Shown here in pieces: positions 51,605-64,000 of a stretch of DNA of 64,000 nucleotides. Both the position numbers and the translations under genes were made by a program. Every line of letters begins with the position of its first letter. Within the stretch, counting starts at the first letter, position 1. The notes beneath the pieces were generated by a model. It saw only the letters and a list, made by a program, of their open reading frames with translations. It did not search any database and was not told where the DNA came from. The DNA comes from Botryllus schlosseri (Eukaryota): the NCBI GenBank assembly GCA_051294905.1, contig CM119376.1, forward strand, positions 2,108,001 to 2,172,000. Direction: 5' to 3'.

Positions 51605-53860
51605 TGGTAAACAGGATGTCGGCACATATGTTAACAATTTCCTTGTGGAAAGACCTGTCGTACGAGTCCAACTCCATCTGACTGTGAAGCCACCCGTAAA
51701 TTAGATCGAGAAATCACGATTGCAAAGCTCAATTGTTAACGCTTCGGTTGACGAAGCAATAAAATCTCTCTCTCTTCCCCTCCCCGTCTCTCTGTTCATC
51801 TCTCCCTCCCTGTATCTCTCACAATGTCTGCCTCTCTCTTTGACGATGCCACGAATCGGGAAGTTAAAAGGTTCTGCTATTTTTTGCCGGCGTAACGAAT
51901 TGAACAGAGGATTTGTTTGCTAGAAATCCGGGGGGGGGGGGCATATAGTCGTACGTATAGTACCATAATTTGGGCTGGGAATAGAAACATCTGGTACGAT
52001 GAACATCTTTCAAAAGTGGTGCAACGACGCGGATCCAATGTGCCAAATTTAAGTACAAATTATGGAATAATGAGCAAGTCAGAAATTAGAAGGATTAATG
52101 GCGCCAGTGACGGCGCCCCACATACGCGGTTGCCAATTTCGCATCCCTGGAAAATATCATGTTCCTAATATCCATTGCAGATGTATCTTATTTTTGCTTT
52201 CTATGCCTTGTAAGATAGTAAACGTAAACGAATAACTTCCAATACGAATCCAATGTATTCGTTTTTCAACAATAGAATCACTAACACCGGAGGTCACGAT
52301 GCCATAATCTACCTATTCTGAGAGCAGATGGGATCCAATCAGATTACGGTACACATGATATCCACACCAAACCAAGACACACCAGAAAATGACGATTGAC
52401 ACTCATTACTTGTCTTATATAATCCTAGTCGAAGTATACCAACATATATCCACAAACATAAGAGTATAATCACAAAAAGGTCCGGCAAGATTTCGCACAG
52501 CTTGGATCCCGAACCGAAGACAATCATGTCGGTATTGTGACCACAAATTCGCATCGGGATGTTGGAAGCGAATTTTCAATGTGATCTATACTCATTTCAT
52601 CATTACGTTAATCTGTATTATCATCGAATTTAGTGAATATAGTACAATCTTTTCAAACGCATGCTCTTATTTCTCCGACATGTGTGTTGAAGTGGTAGTT
52701 ACGTTATTATCATTTAATATTATTAATTATAGTGAAGTGAGCGGGGCCTGTCTACATTTATGACCTTGCGCGCCAAGAACAATATAAATTAAACATGATG
52801 CCAATATATCGTTGCTGTAAAATCAAAGGTAATTTATGCCCATTAAGCTAATGTGGAGTTTTCATTTTTTTGTTCATATCTTGGTCATGGTTAACTTTGT
52901 AACAATATGACAAACAACCATGAAAAAAAATCTTCCTTGATTCCACAGAGACGATATATCTGATATTTGCTTTCTTGGCTAAGGGCTAAGGAGGATAATA
53001 AATTGAAAATAATTTGAACACCTATACATGCTCGCGACCCGAAATCATGAGCGTGTCGGCCTGAGTAAATAATCACGATAGAGTTGGTCGAATGGACATT
53101 GTAAATGTGAAGGGATCTGCGAGTTCATTACGTACATCAGCAAGCAGTCTCCGGTTAAAGTCATATTTTCCGCAATGTATAAGCATATATGGCCACTATT
53201 TCAGGAACATTACACGCTTCACATAGTGGTTACGTGAACAGATGTGCCTCCGTCATCGCTTTTCAGATCTCTCAGTATTGTATCCTCTCGTTCCATATTC
53301 ACATACGAATGATTCACACAAATTCAAAAACCGTATTATGGGATGACGAAATGAATCTTCATGTGACCAGACTTGTACAAACTACTGAATTTTCAAAAAT
53401 CGCAACTAGAACTAGAACTATAACTATTCAATTTTTAAGACTCGCAACTATAACTAGAACTAGAACTACCCAATTTTCAAATTCCGCAACTAGAACTATA
53501 ACTAGAACTACTCAATTTTCAAAACTCGCAACTAGAACTAGAACTAGAACTAATGAAATTTAATTATCGGCAACTAACTAACTAAAACACAACTAACTAA
53601 ATTTAATTCTCAATCAAGTCATTCATTTTTTTTTTATTCGAATTCGGCGTTCCAGCCTTCCACACGAACGTCGGTACAACGAAATTACTGAAAAATCAGA
53701 CAGACAGAACTATCTGTAATCAGTAAAGGATAAACTAAACCATTTTCTGCAGCTGTTGCTGATTGCAGCGAATCCACAGCGAAAATGTTTTTTCGTTGAG
53801 TTTTGCCCTCTTTGGGGAATACAAAATTCCAGCATCCGAGAAAGCCCTCTTAGTTCCGAG

Positions 53861-54626
53861 TAGGGTTGGGCAAAATCGAGTACCTGAGTGATTCGATTCT
53901 GAATCACGTACTACGCTTCGAGTCGAGTCGAGTATTCGAGTATCACTCATTATGATGTCACAACGGAATGCGATATGGCAATATTCGAATATGTGACTTT
54001 TATGCCACCGCAAAGAACATAATGCCTGTTATCCGTTACATTAAAGGTACTTTGGTATTTTTTCGACCATACCGATTTCCTTGCCCATCTTGACAATGTT
54101 GTGGGATAGCGTAATGGTTATGCGTCCGGCTTCTCGAGCGTGGGTTCGATCCCCGGTCGGGTCATACCAAAGACTCGAAAATTGGTACCCGCAGCTATCC
54201 TGCTAGGCGCTCAGCAATCACGGATAGCATGGAGGAGAAAAAAAAACGGGGGCGCAGACTAGATGACCTCATTGGGCCGTATCGCAACTCCGTCGTCAAA
54301 GCATCTCGATGGTGCAGGCGAAAAAGAATATCATCTCTCTCTCTCTCTCTTGTGGGATGATCATGACTTCGGAAATGTGTTATTTCCAGTAACGTTCGTA
54401 GCTTTGTACTATGTCTCGTATGCTGCGACACAGTCGATCAAGGTTTCAAGGCTTCCTCTGTGGAAAATAGTATCAAAACTATAATTCTTGTTGGTAAATT
54501 AACTTGAAGTGGCGAGGAGCGTATAATTTCAGTACTCGAAAAAATCGCCGTTTACTACTCGACTCGAATCATCGAAATTAATACTCGATTCTGATTCGAG
54601 TACTCGATTCATTGTGCCCAGCCCTA
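53861..54626. mobile_element. hAT MITE (family H1) nested in H8
   Basis: TAGGGTTGGGCA ... TGCCCAGCCCTA; perfect TSD GTTCCGAG. Confidence 0.93.
54108..54349 (+). mobile_element. tRNA-derived SINE nested in H1
   Basis: A-box TAGCGTAATGG, B-box GGTTCGATCCC, (CT)n tail and 9-bp TSD TTGTGGGAT. The empty site is present in the H1 copy at 167-175. Confidence 0.9.
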
Positions 54627-57259
54627 GTTCCGAGATAATACTCGCCAGCGCACAGCAGGAGATCACTAGTTCACATTCCAATTAGTAAACAACCTCAGCG
54701 GGAGATCGCGTGTCCCTGCGCACTGTCGATTGTTGTAACTGAGCCGAGTTATCAGTGAACTCGGCATAATCAATGTATTAACTATATATTATCAATGTAT
54801 TAACTAACCCTCAGTAACCTCACTTGTCACGCGAGGAGAGTTCTCATCACGCAGGACACACGAGTGTTTCTAGTTGTTCAGCAACTAATATTTTTTTGAA
54901 ATACGCAACTAAAACTAGAACTAGAACTACGAAATTTTCAAAATCCGCAACTACAACTAGAACTAGAACTACGCAATTTTGAAAATCCGCAACTAGAACT
55001 AGAACTAGAACTACTCAAAAAACTGTTAGTTAGTTGACAGTCAACTAACTAAATGTTTAGTTTGTACAAGTCTGCATGCGACGGTTCAAGTTACCGCGTT
55101 GGACGTATCCTTGCCCACAGATCTCACAGGCAAACCTTTTGATACCATAGTAGGTTAACACATGATTTTTCAAAGTGATTTTCAAGAGGAACTTGCGATC
55201 ACATATATGGCATTGTTCTTGTTTCGCATGAGTGTGACATATCCGATGCATGTTCATACTTCTCTTAGTTAAAAAATCTTTCCCGCATATATCACATTTA
55301 TATTGCTTGGTATCAGTATGAATTTTCGTGTGCTTTATCAAGTTGAAGTTGAGAGTAAAACCCTTCCCACAAATCTCGCATACGACTTTCTTCACACCGG
55401 CATGATTTTGCATGTGTGCATGTAAGCGTTCTTTGCGACGAAATCCTTTGTTGCATACATCGCATCTGAAGTCTTTCAGATGGAGGTGCATTTGCATATG
55501 TCTTCTCTAACCAAAGCTGTCACCAAATGCTCTTCCACAAATCTCGCAAGCAAACTTTTTAATACCTAAATGCATTCGCATGTGCGATTCCAGCTGGCCT
55601 TTCAGATAGAATTCTTCCTGCATATTTTACATTGATGCTGTCAGATATCGCTGTGTGATAGTTTATAAATATTTAGTGTGCACTTGGTACGCAACTCTTT
55701 GCCGCAGTTGTCGCATTCAATTTCTTCAAAGTCAGTATGGGTTATCATGCGTACTTTCCAATAATAACCGAGAGCAAAAGCTTTGTGACAAATTCCGCAC
55801 GCAAATTTTTTAACACCTTGGTGAATTCGTCCATGATTATTTAAACTTTTTTTTGGCACGAAATGTCTTATTGCATACGTCGCAGCGATGTTGTTTGACG
55901 TCTCTGTGAATTGCCATGTGCGATTTTACCGCGGAATTCCTACGAAACTCCATCCCACTAATCTCACATTGATATTCTTTCAGACCGATAAGGATTTTCA
56001 TGTGACATTTGATGGCAGCAATGCTGGTGAGCGCCCAGCCACAAATCTCGCATTCATGTCTTTTTCTATTATGGTCATGAACAGGCAGATGGGATCGCAA
56101 ACCACTTTTGCGTCGAAATCCCTTATTGCAGATATCGCATCGATGACTTTTGACGTCGCTGTGGATTAACACGTGCGAGTTTAACTCGGACTTACTAATA
56201 AATCCCATTCCGCATACATCGCATCGATATTCTTTGTAACAGAAGTGCATTTTCCTGTGTGTTTTCAGGTCATAACCGAAGCTGAAGGATCGGTCGCAAA
56301 TCTCCCACTCAAATGATTTGATACCGGAATGAATTAACAAGTGCGATTTCAAGCCACCTTTTTGTCGAAAATCCATCCCGCATATATCACATCTATAAGC
56401 TCTGAGGTTGGTATGCGTTTCTACGTGCATTTTTAAGATGCTATTCGTACTAAAAGCCTTCCTGCAAATATCGCAGATGAATTTTCTTGAGCTTTCAAAA
56501 CAAGTTGATAGATGCGCTTTCTTGGCCTCTTCGTTGGAAAACTTATTGTTCACTTCTGGTATCTTGCATGATGAATGACGATTGAACCCGCTAATATTTG
56601 CTGAAGGCCTTGTCAGCCCCGACTTGCGACAAAACTCTTCACCAATTATCCTACAGAGATGATCATGTACTTCGTGGTATATTTCCCCGTGCTCTTTTAA
56701 ACCAGTATCGTCATCGTGAGTTTTTTCACGAACTTCGCAAAAATACTTATTTGCGTCGCATCGACATACTCGATTCTCAATAGAATTCCCCCTTTTGGAC
56801 ATATTCTTTCGACTTTAATTCGCTCGCGTGTGGGATTGCGAGTACAGATGTTTCTCGCAGGCACACATCAGGTGTAAAGTTAAAAATGTTCTGAAACGAT
56901 AGGAATAAAACATACTGTACTGCTTGTTAAGTGATGCAAAGTTACTAAAGTACAAATAACTTTCGATATCGATGGTGTGCGTCGCGTCATTTTTGTTTTC
57001 AATACATTTTCCTAAAGAGGCGCTGCGCTCTAGATATGATAGTCTCAAATTGCAGATATGAGTGTGAACATATTTGGCAACCACGATTTAACCCAGAAAG
57101 CCACCGTATTCAAATTATAGATTACTGACCTACCGATAGATACGTAACTTCCGGTGGTTACGCTTGGGCAAGCAACAGTGTCTATTATTGCTGGACAATC
57201 TAAAAGTAGCGTAATTGGTAGTGCTATAGCTGGCGACGCGAGGGCTGAAATTTAATATA

Positions 57260-57555
57260 AATTGGTCTTAATCGAAAGCCAATGTCACATCAATTTCGAA
57301 AATACTAGTTATAATATTGCCAGGGCAATTGAACCACGCCGAAACATCCCCCAAAGTATAGAAATTGGCATTGTTCCAACAATGGCAGCCACGCAACACA
57401 ATGAACATGACAAAACCCAATTTCGTCAAGCGATTGTTCGGAACAATGCTGATTTTCAGACTGAGACCTGATTTGAGGTATCTCCATTGCCCCAGATAGA
57501 TTTTAATTTATATTTTCGTAATCTATGCGACACTAGCTTTCGATTAAGACCAATT
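57260..57555. mobile_element. Small TIR element, superfamily unassigned
   Basis: AATTGGTCTTAATCGAAAGC and its exact reverse complement; imperfect extension to ~45 bp. No clear TSD. Confidence 0.65.
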
Positions 57556-58549
57556 CTATTGAATTGCTTTCCACTCTAGCTTATCTCAGTGGCGTCGAGG
57601 TCCGGCGTCATCGCTTCTAACCCCTAATAAATTATGGCACACATCACTTTTTCTCACACTTCCTGAGCCCTAGTTCTGCTTCGCAGTTATCAGATTGTGA
57701 ATAAATTGGCGTTGAGCTCGCCAGTTCCAACCTGGCATTGCCTGTGATTAGTACTTCACAGTCTGCCGAATGGGTTTCGCGATCTCAAGCCGGAATTGGT
57801 TAGCGGGCTCATAATGGATCGCGGTATACTTATTGTACACCGCAGCTGTTGATATTTCAGTGCAACAGGAAATAACTCATGGATATAAAATGGCCATACC
57901 TTCCCACCCAGTTGCAGCACCGTCGGAGTTATAGTAACCACGAACACAATGTTACAAACAACCGTTTATCACGTTTGTATTCAGTACAGTAGTGGTTCTT
58001 AACCATTTTCCTGCAGCGCCCCCTTTCGAAAATTGCCTGGGTCTGGCGCCCCCATATTTTAGGGACGGTAGTAAAAACAAGGGGTAAGAAATCGAAGTCT
58101 GGTCGGTCTTTTCGGCTTGAGATCTCACTATATTGGAAATAGTTTAACTAATTACCGCTATGATAATTGTATGTGCTATATTCGGGATCAAATCAAGGTT
58201 ATTTTAACAACCATCGGTTACGGGCTCATACCATCTGGTCGTCGATTAACTTTAACATGAATTTATTCCAAATAATGCAACCCATATAACGTTCATGTAA
58301 GGTTGCGGGTCACAACATTAAACAGTATCATCTTTTATGATACGATGAAGAAATATTCAGCAGATTTAATTTTCAAATACAAATATATTTAGTTATTCAT
58401 TTTGATCAAAATCTTCAAAGCATCTTTAATTTATAAATAAAGGCTCTCACGCGCACTTTTAAAAGTGGTACAGTGCCTCTTTCTGTTCGCTGCAGGATAA
58501 AATACCTAGTTCGAAACAATTTGTGGAAAATAACCCGAGGTAGCGTGAT

Positions 58550-59811
58550 TAGGGTTGGATTATCCGGATAACGGTTAACCGGTTAACCGCAGGTTTTTTT
58601 ATTATCCGATATCCGGATATAAATCTGCCGGTTAACCGGATAAAGTAGTATCGGTAATAATGCGTTTTACACTTTTAGGAAGCTTAAATAAGTCGTATTG
58701 TCAGTGTTGCGCTCGGCCAATTAGCGAGAACCGTGTCGCCAATTAGCGAGATACGACAATGCAGTGTGTAACGCGACGCAATCTCCCGCTGTGAAGATCG
58801 CCAAATTAGGTCATTGATTGCCGCGAACTCGGTTATCGTTGCTGGCCTGATTTTTCGAGTCTTCGACAAGCCTATAGTTCCGATGGCAGAATAACATCTG
58901 CAATAGGCTCTGTGGACTTTATACCATCACTGGCCTACATAATCACACCTGCATTGGCTTGGTGCTCACGATATTATCGCTGGCCTACGCAATCGCATCT
59001 GCAATAGGCATGGTACGAACGATATCATATCATCGCTGGCGTAACCATCGAGTCTCGGGCCTGGCATACGTTGGCTCCTATCTCTTGGTGACTTGGAGAC
59101 AATATGCCGGTAAGACTATTATGATCAGCGATTGTGATTAATGAGTGACATCGCGTAACTTAATGACATCGAATGTTCGCATTTCGCAAACATGTTCGTG
59201 CGTGCAAGCGTAATTAATTTCCACTGATACTAAATTCGAAAAAAAAATCGAATTCCCCTCGTTTTATTTAACCCCCCCCCCCCCCCCCCGCTTATTTTTC
59301 CGCTGGCTACGGGCCTGATCATGTGAATTTCCCATGGAGGAATTAGAGCGAGTTATCATGTCGGCCTCAATTCCAGTATCAACTACTCGTCCTTACAGTA
59401 CTGGACACCTAAACAGAAGAATGGGCAAAAACGAAGCGCTGCTTACTATATTCAGCCCATTTTGTGGAAGCAGAAAGGGCATTTAATACGTGAGGACTCA
59501 TTGTTACAAAACTCCAGTCCCGGCTACAGGATGCCACTATTGATGCAGTGTACTTTATAAGGAGGGAGTTGCTGAAGTAGTGAACATTAAATTTGCGTGA
59601 TTTTTCTCGTATTCGCTCGTACTGCGCGTGAACGTATAAATCTACAATAACACTGCGTAATGATTTTGCGATCCATTTTTCATGCAGACCTCGTGAAATC
59701 GATTATCTCACTTGGCATTCATTATCCGGTTAACCGGTTAGCTAAATTCCAAATATCCGGATATATCCGTTATCCGGATAGTGAAAATTATTGATATCCG
59801 AACTAACCCTA
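58550..59811. mobile_element. Non-autonomous hAT (family H9)
   Basis: TAGGGTT ... AACCCTA with TTATCCGG/TTAACCGG arrays; perfect TSD AGCGTGAT. Confidence 0.9.
58895..59045. repeat. ~50-bp minisatellite, three diverged copies
   Basis: Units start at 58895, 58946 and 58996 (CATCTGCAATAGGC...ATCGCTGGCCTAC). Confidence 0.7.
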
Positions 59812-61168
59812 AGCGTGATGGTAATATTTAAACGGGGAATCGGAGATCTGAAAATACGCGCAATTAATTTTACATCAATTATAATAAACCATTGGTTACA
59901 TGGAAACATGTTTCGAAAATTGAAGGCATATATTTCGCGGGTAGCACAACGAAAAATTTCTAGATTTGACATATTTTGTCGAATGGCAAACTTGCAATGA
60001 GATCTTAGGGATATATAGAACTGTTGCTCTGATATAATCATATTCCATACTGTACCTTCTACTGCGACGCCAATTTTGTTCAGCGCCCCCCATACCGCCC
60101 CCTGAGGCCAGCGCCCCCATATCGTCCCCTTCACACCTCCTGGCTATACTTATTCAATCCGGACACACGGTTATTTTTCGATAATCTTTATTCTCAGTAC
60201 GATCAAACGAATATAAAAAATTAACCATCAAGATGAAGGAATTATGTACATAAATAGTCTGCATAGAACCGGTTGGCTCTGTTCGGTAAACACGTCAACT
60301 CGCATGGCATAGGCTGATTGGCGTGTCCAGCAGCTTGAATTGTCGTGCAACTGCACTCGGAATGTTGCATGCAGGTATTCGAAGTCAAATCGAACAGAAG
60401 CCAATCCGCACCGCAACCTTATTATTCATCGAGGTCGTCCAAGCTTGACTGCTTAGACCAGTGGTCGGGAACCTTTTTTGTCCGAAGAGCCATATTGGCC
60501 CTATTCTTTCCATCTCAACTCCCAAAGAGTCATACATTCCAATCAACTGTTGCGTCACAATTGAAAATTCGTGACGTCATGGTAGCACTAATTCGAGCTC
60601 AATACACGGGGTTCCTCGTGTGCGCCATATTTTCTCTGTAAAAACTGGTACTTATTGTTCGAAAATAATGTTCGAAACGAGAGGTAAGGTACAGACGGGC
60701 CAAGCCTCACCATTGATAACGCAATTCATAGTAAGTAGCTTATAATTTATTATAGCTGATATCAGTCGAATATGACTGTCACACTGATCCCGAAAATTTA
60801 AATACTTATCGACTTCTCAATTCTCGAAGTATTCGGCAGTAACATAACGTTGCGCTACACGCCTACATTTTATCTCCGGTACTACACAGAGCTATACTTA
60901 CCAATGAAGAACGTGGATAGCTATGACGTTGTTTGTAATTTGAGTTTCTAATTGTCACATCCATAACAGTTCATTTCGCGCCGTGGATCAGGAAGACTAC
61001 GTTTTGAAATCGGCGTTGCCATGTCTGCTATGCTCTATGATTAATCAAGGTATCGCACAATTCAAGATTTCGAGTCGAATACCTAGAATTCGCGAGTGAT
61101 ATTGGCCGCCGGCGTGGCAGTCACTTGAATTTGATGATTTTGAAAAGAGGAGGATAATAATAATATTG

Positions 61169-61710
61169 TTATATATAAAAACATTTAGTGGTGCTTTTCG
61201 TATCGAAGGCTTTTTGCACCACTGCGATTAAGACATTTTGATCAATATGATGACTAGAAATTTCATGAAAACACTTAATGAGTACGTAGTGAAATGCGAC
61301 GCTTTGACTCTCGTATAAAATCCAGTATAGATCGGCGATAATGTTGCTGTCCGTTAAAAGGTTACGTAGCTGAAAAGGTACGTTCTTTTTCTGCGCGATA
61401 CGTTGCAGCTTTCTTCTTATCTCAGTCAGATGTGAGCAGGTTATAATATAGTGTTCGACCGTTTCTAATTCGCCGCAATGCTCGCACAATGGTGATTCCG
61501 AGCAGCCAATGTGGTGGAGATGTGCATTGAATTCGCAGTGGCCTGTGCGTAGTCGAAACAATGTAGCTTCGTTGCGTCGTGGTGGGACTGATGGTAATTT
61601 CACGTCCAGATTTGGTCGGAAGATTTTGTAATGTCTTCCTGTTTCTGAATCGAGATATTCCCGGTTCTAAATATAGCATTGCATTCATGTAAATCTATTT
61701 TCTTTTCATC
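61169..61710 (-). mobile_element. LINE ORF2 3' end (I/Ingi/Nimb-type post-RNaseH zinc knuckle)
   Basis: RRNEATLFRLRTGHCEFNAHLH.IG...SPLCEHCGELETVEHYIITC, followed by 3' UTR and an ATT-rich tail. Confidence 0.85.
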
Positions 61711-61718
61711 GTATATAG

Positions 61719-62529
61719 CAGTGGTCGGGAACCTTTTTCGTCGGAAGAGCCATGTTGGCCCTGTATTTTCCATTTTAATTCTCAAAGAGCCATACATTGT
61801 TGCTTCACAATTGAAAATTCGTGACTTCATGATAGTAGCCCACCAATTCAAACTCAATACATGGGATTCGTCGTGGGATCCATATTTTCTCTATAAAAAC
61901 TCATTGGCTACTAATCATCCTGGGATAGCGCAATGCATCGCTAAATTCAGAATTTATAATAACTGATATTAATCGACTATTAGCACTAATTCTGAAAATC
62001 TAAATATTGATCGACTTGTCGATTCCCAAAGTATTCAGCGGTAACATGAACGTTGCAGTACACGCCTACGTTTCAACGGCAGTACCAGAAAGCTACTTAC
62101 CAATCAAGAACGTAGATAGCTAAGCGTTATTTGTAATTTAGATTGGTAGTTGTGAATGTCACTTTCAAGGCAGTTTATTTCTCGTCGTGGATCAGGAAGA
62201 CACTGTGTATTTGAAAACTATATTACAATTCTCTTCGATCATTAAACGTAGGTGCAATCATACTGTTCTATGAATACTATGCTGCAATCCAAGATTACGC
62301 GGCGCGCGATCTGTCGTTGGCGCTGCAGTACCTTAAATTTAAGGATTATATAAAGAGGTCCGAGACCGTAATACGGGATGCGCCACTGTCTTGACCTCTG
62401 AAAGACATGTTTATGCTGCAACGCGAATAATAATTATTCTAGTCGTTATAAAAATTCACCAAGTTGCTGCAATATCGATAAAATTAAGTAAACAATGAAA
62501 CCAAAAGAGCCATAGGTTCCCGACCACTG
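61719..62529. mobile_element. hAT MITE (family H5) nested in another H5 copy
   Basis: Same TIRs; TSD GTATATAG/GTCTATAG. Confidence 0.88.
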
Positions 62530-64000
62530 GTCTATAGGGATGGTCCGATGTCCGAGGAGGTCCGAGCCCCTAAACCTGTCTTTACCTCTCAAAGACATGT
62601 ACAATTGTACATACTGCCACGAGAATAGAATTATTCTGGCCGTGAGGAAAATTTACCAACAAGTCGCTGCAATATTGATCAATTCAGTATAAAAATAAAT
62701 ATTCGGCAAAGAGCCATATCTTATACCCAAAACAGCCATACATGGCTCGGGAGCAATAGGTTCCCGCCACTGACTTAGACCAACTCAGGGTATAGCATTC
62801 AATAGGATTCGATTCGCGAATTACAAAATACTGTGATTCGCGAATCACGGGACTGCATCATCCGGCTTCAAACACTTGTTTATCTATCCTGTAACTTCGT
62901 AATTTGAAGGTCGAGCAACGAATGTGCGGTCGCAGAGAGTATACCTTATTTCACATAAAGTAGTATGTTTGTAACCAAGTCACATTGTTACGAGTCACAG
63001 GTCCATATCTATTTTATAGTTTCAACTCGAGTCAAGTAGAGTCATTTTCAGTTCACTACCAAGTCCAAGTCCTAATCAGGCTCAATTCCGATTTCCAGTG
63101 TTTTCTGTTCCGTCTCGGATTCAAGTGATGACTCACTTTTCTATATTTGACTAGCAAGTAAAAAAGTTGCTAAAAAAATCAAATTTTTTTCCTGGGTTGA
63201 AATATTACCATTATATCTCTGCTCTCACCTCATGGACTTATTTCACCCAAAAAATAACTAGAAACTGCAAAATTTCAATTTAATTTGTCATTGATAATGG
63301 GGGAGGGTACTTATTTTTCAAGTCCCAACAAAAAGACCGCCGGTATCGTCCGATAATTCTATGAAATATATGGTTTGACCGTTAAAAATATATATATTAT
63401 TTCCGGGTACGAATTTGTTAGATTGTGGTCATTCAAGCATTCTGTCGCTGATTCTTATCATTACATTGGTAACACTTGTTCATTGACTTTTTACTATGCA
63501 AATGTTTGTTAGTGTTTTTCCAAATTATAAAATTTCGTTACGTCGCATCACGGTAAACCAATCATTTGTATGGAGTATTTGATCTAAATGACTCACCCAA
63601 GTTTTTTTTAGAAATATAACATCCAGACCTGAACTATTCCAAAAGTTTTTTGACATAGGCCTGCCATGCTAAGAGTCACAGAAATTCATAGCAAACCTAC
63701 AGCAAATCGATGACAAAAATTTAAATTTTCAATTTTCGAAATGAAATTTATCCGAAATAGGTTATACATAATCCTTCAAATTTTAGCATAGCACAGCACT
63801 GTCCTAGTAACTCCTAGAGAAGGCATTAGATCAGAAAAAGGGCTTCACAATTTTAAGATTTTGCATTCCCCGTATCGGTACATTTTATCTCCTTCAAACC
63901 CACAATCTGCCACAATATGCGGAGTAGAACCATAGCATAGCGACATCTAGTGACTGAGAAAATTTCATGGAGATAGCAATCCGCAAGTTAGGTTTTTGAC

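Larger units (their letters stand above)
53368..55074. mobile_element. Non-autonomous hAT (family H8)
   Basis: TIR CAGACTTGTACAAAC/GTTTGTACAAGTCTG; TSD CATGTGAC/CATGCGAC; ACTAGA arrays at both ends. Confidence 0.92.
53336..56802 (-). pseudogene. C2H2 zinc-finger array B (~17 fingers plus degenerate N-terminal ones), disrupted
   Basis: ORFs 55837-56802, 55641-55859 and 55057-55497 are consecutive pieces joined by frameshifts; in-frame TAG at 55507-55509. The last finger is split by the 53368-55074 insertion and resumes HMKIHFVIP* (stop 53336-53338). Confidence 0.88.
60459..62772. mobile_element. hAT family H5 copy carrying a LINE fragment and a second H5 copy
   Basis: CAGTGGTCGGGAACC ... GGTTCCCGCCACTG; TSD GCTTAGAC/ACTTAGAC. 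Confidence 0.85.

Noticed and set aside
49362-52554. GPCR TM3-like pieces in ORFs 49362-49766 and 52339-52554
   Set aside because: Only hydrophobic and Cys patterns, which are expected by chance in AT-rich DNA; no DRY or NPxxY context.
53189-53563. 124-aa ORF with TRTRT repeats
   Set aside because: Translation of the ACTAGA subterminal array of H8.
54108-54180. tRNA gene
   Set aside because: A/B boxes are present, but there is no complete cloverleaf or acceptor stem, and the unit has a TSD, a tail and an empty site, so it is a SINE head.
53400-55020. Regular ACTAGA arrays (and GTAGAA arrays at 10150-11430) as CRISPR or telomere-like repeats
   Set aside because: They are hexamer subterminal motifs mirrored at both ends of TSD-bounded hAT elements, with no unique spacers and no cas genes.
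63150-64000. Possible further DNA-transposon end
   Set aside because: Repeat-like texture, but no matching TIR, TSD or second copy in the window.

Overview
This is AT-rich eukaryotic animal DNA with short GT-AG introns. An invertebrate chordate such as an ascidian is my inference, not shown by the sequence. It is not prokaryotic, and I see no CRISPR array, rRNA or true tRNA gene. Most of the window is nested transposons: about ten hAT-type non-autonomous families with 8-bp TSDs, one nearly intact Hermes/hobo-like hAT, a fragmented THAP + P-type element with ~90-bp TIRs, a decayed Harbinger (transposase + MADF/BESS gene), a deleted Chapaev3-like element, tRNA-derived SINEs and a LINE 3' end. 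Splicing by hand on the minus strand shows host genes that the ORF track only fragments. One is an intact 5-exon, 247-aa secreted protein (signal peptide, short collagen, neck, F5/8C discoidin; 30027-32120). A tandem paralog joins an F5/8C domain to an ILEI/PANDER (FAM3/GG-type) domain (35777-41858; 5' end unresolved, one 1-nt frameshift). There are also two decayed C2H2 zinc-finger arrays and a possible SEFIR/Act1-like relic. The tandem discoidin pair with shuffled partner domains is the best candidate for an undescribed system, possibly a lectin-like recognition cluster. All family assignments come from motif recognition by eye; no database search was run.
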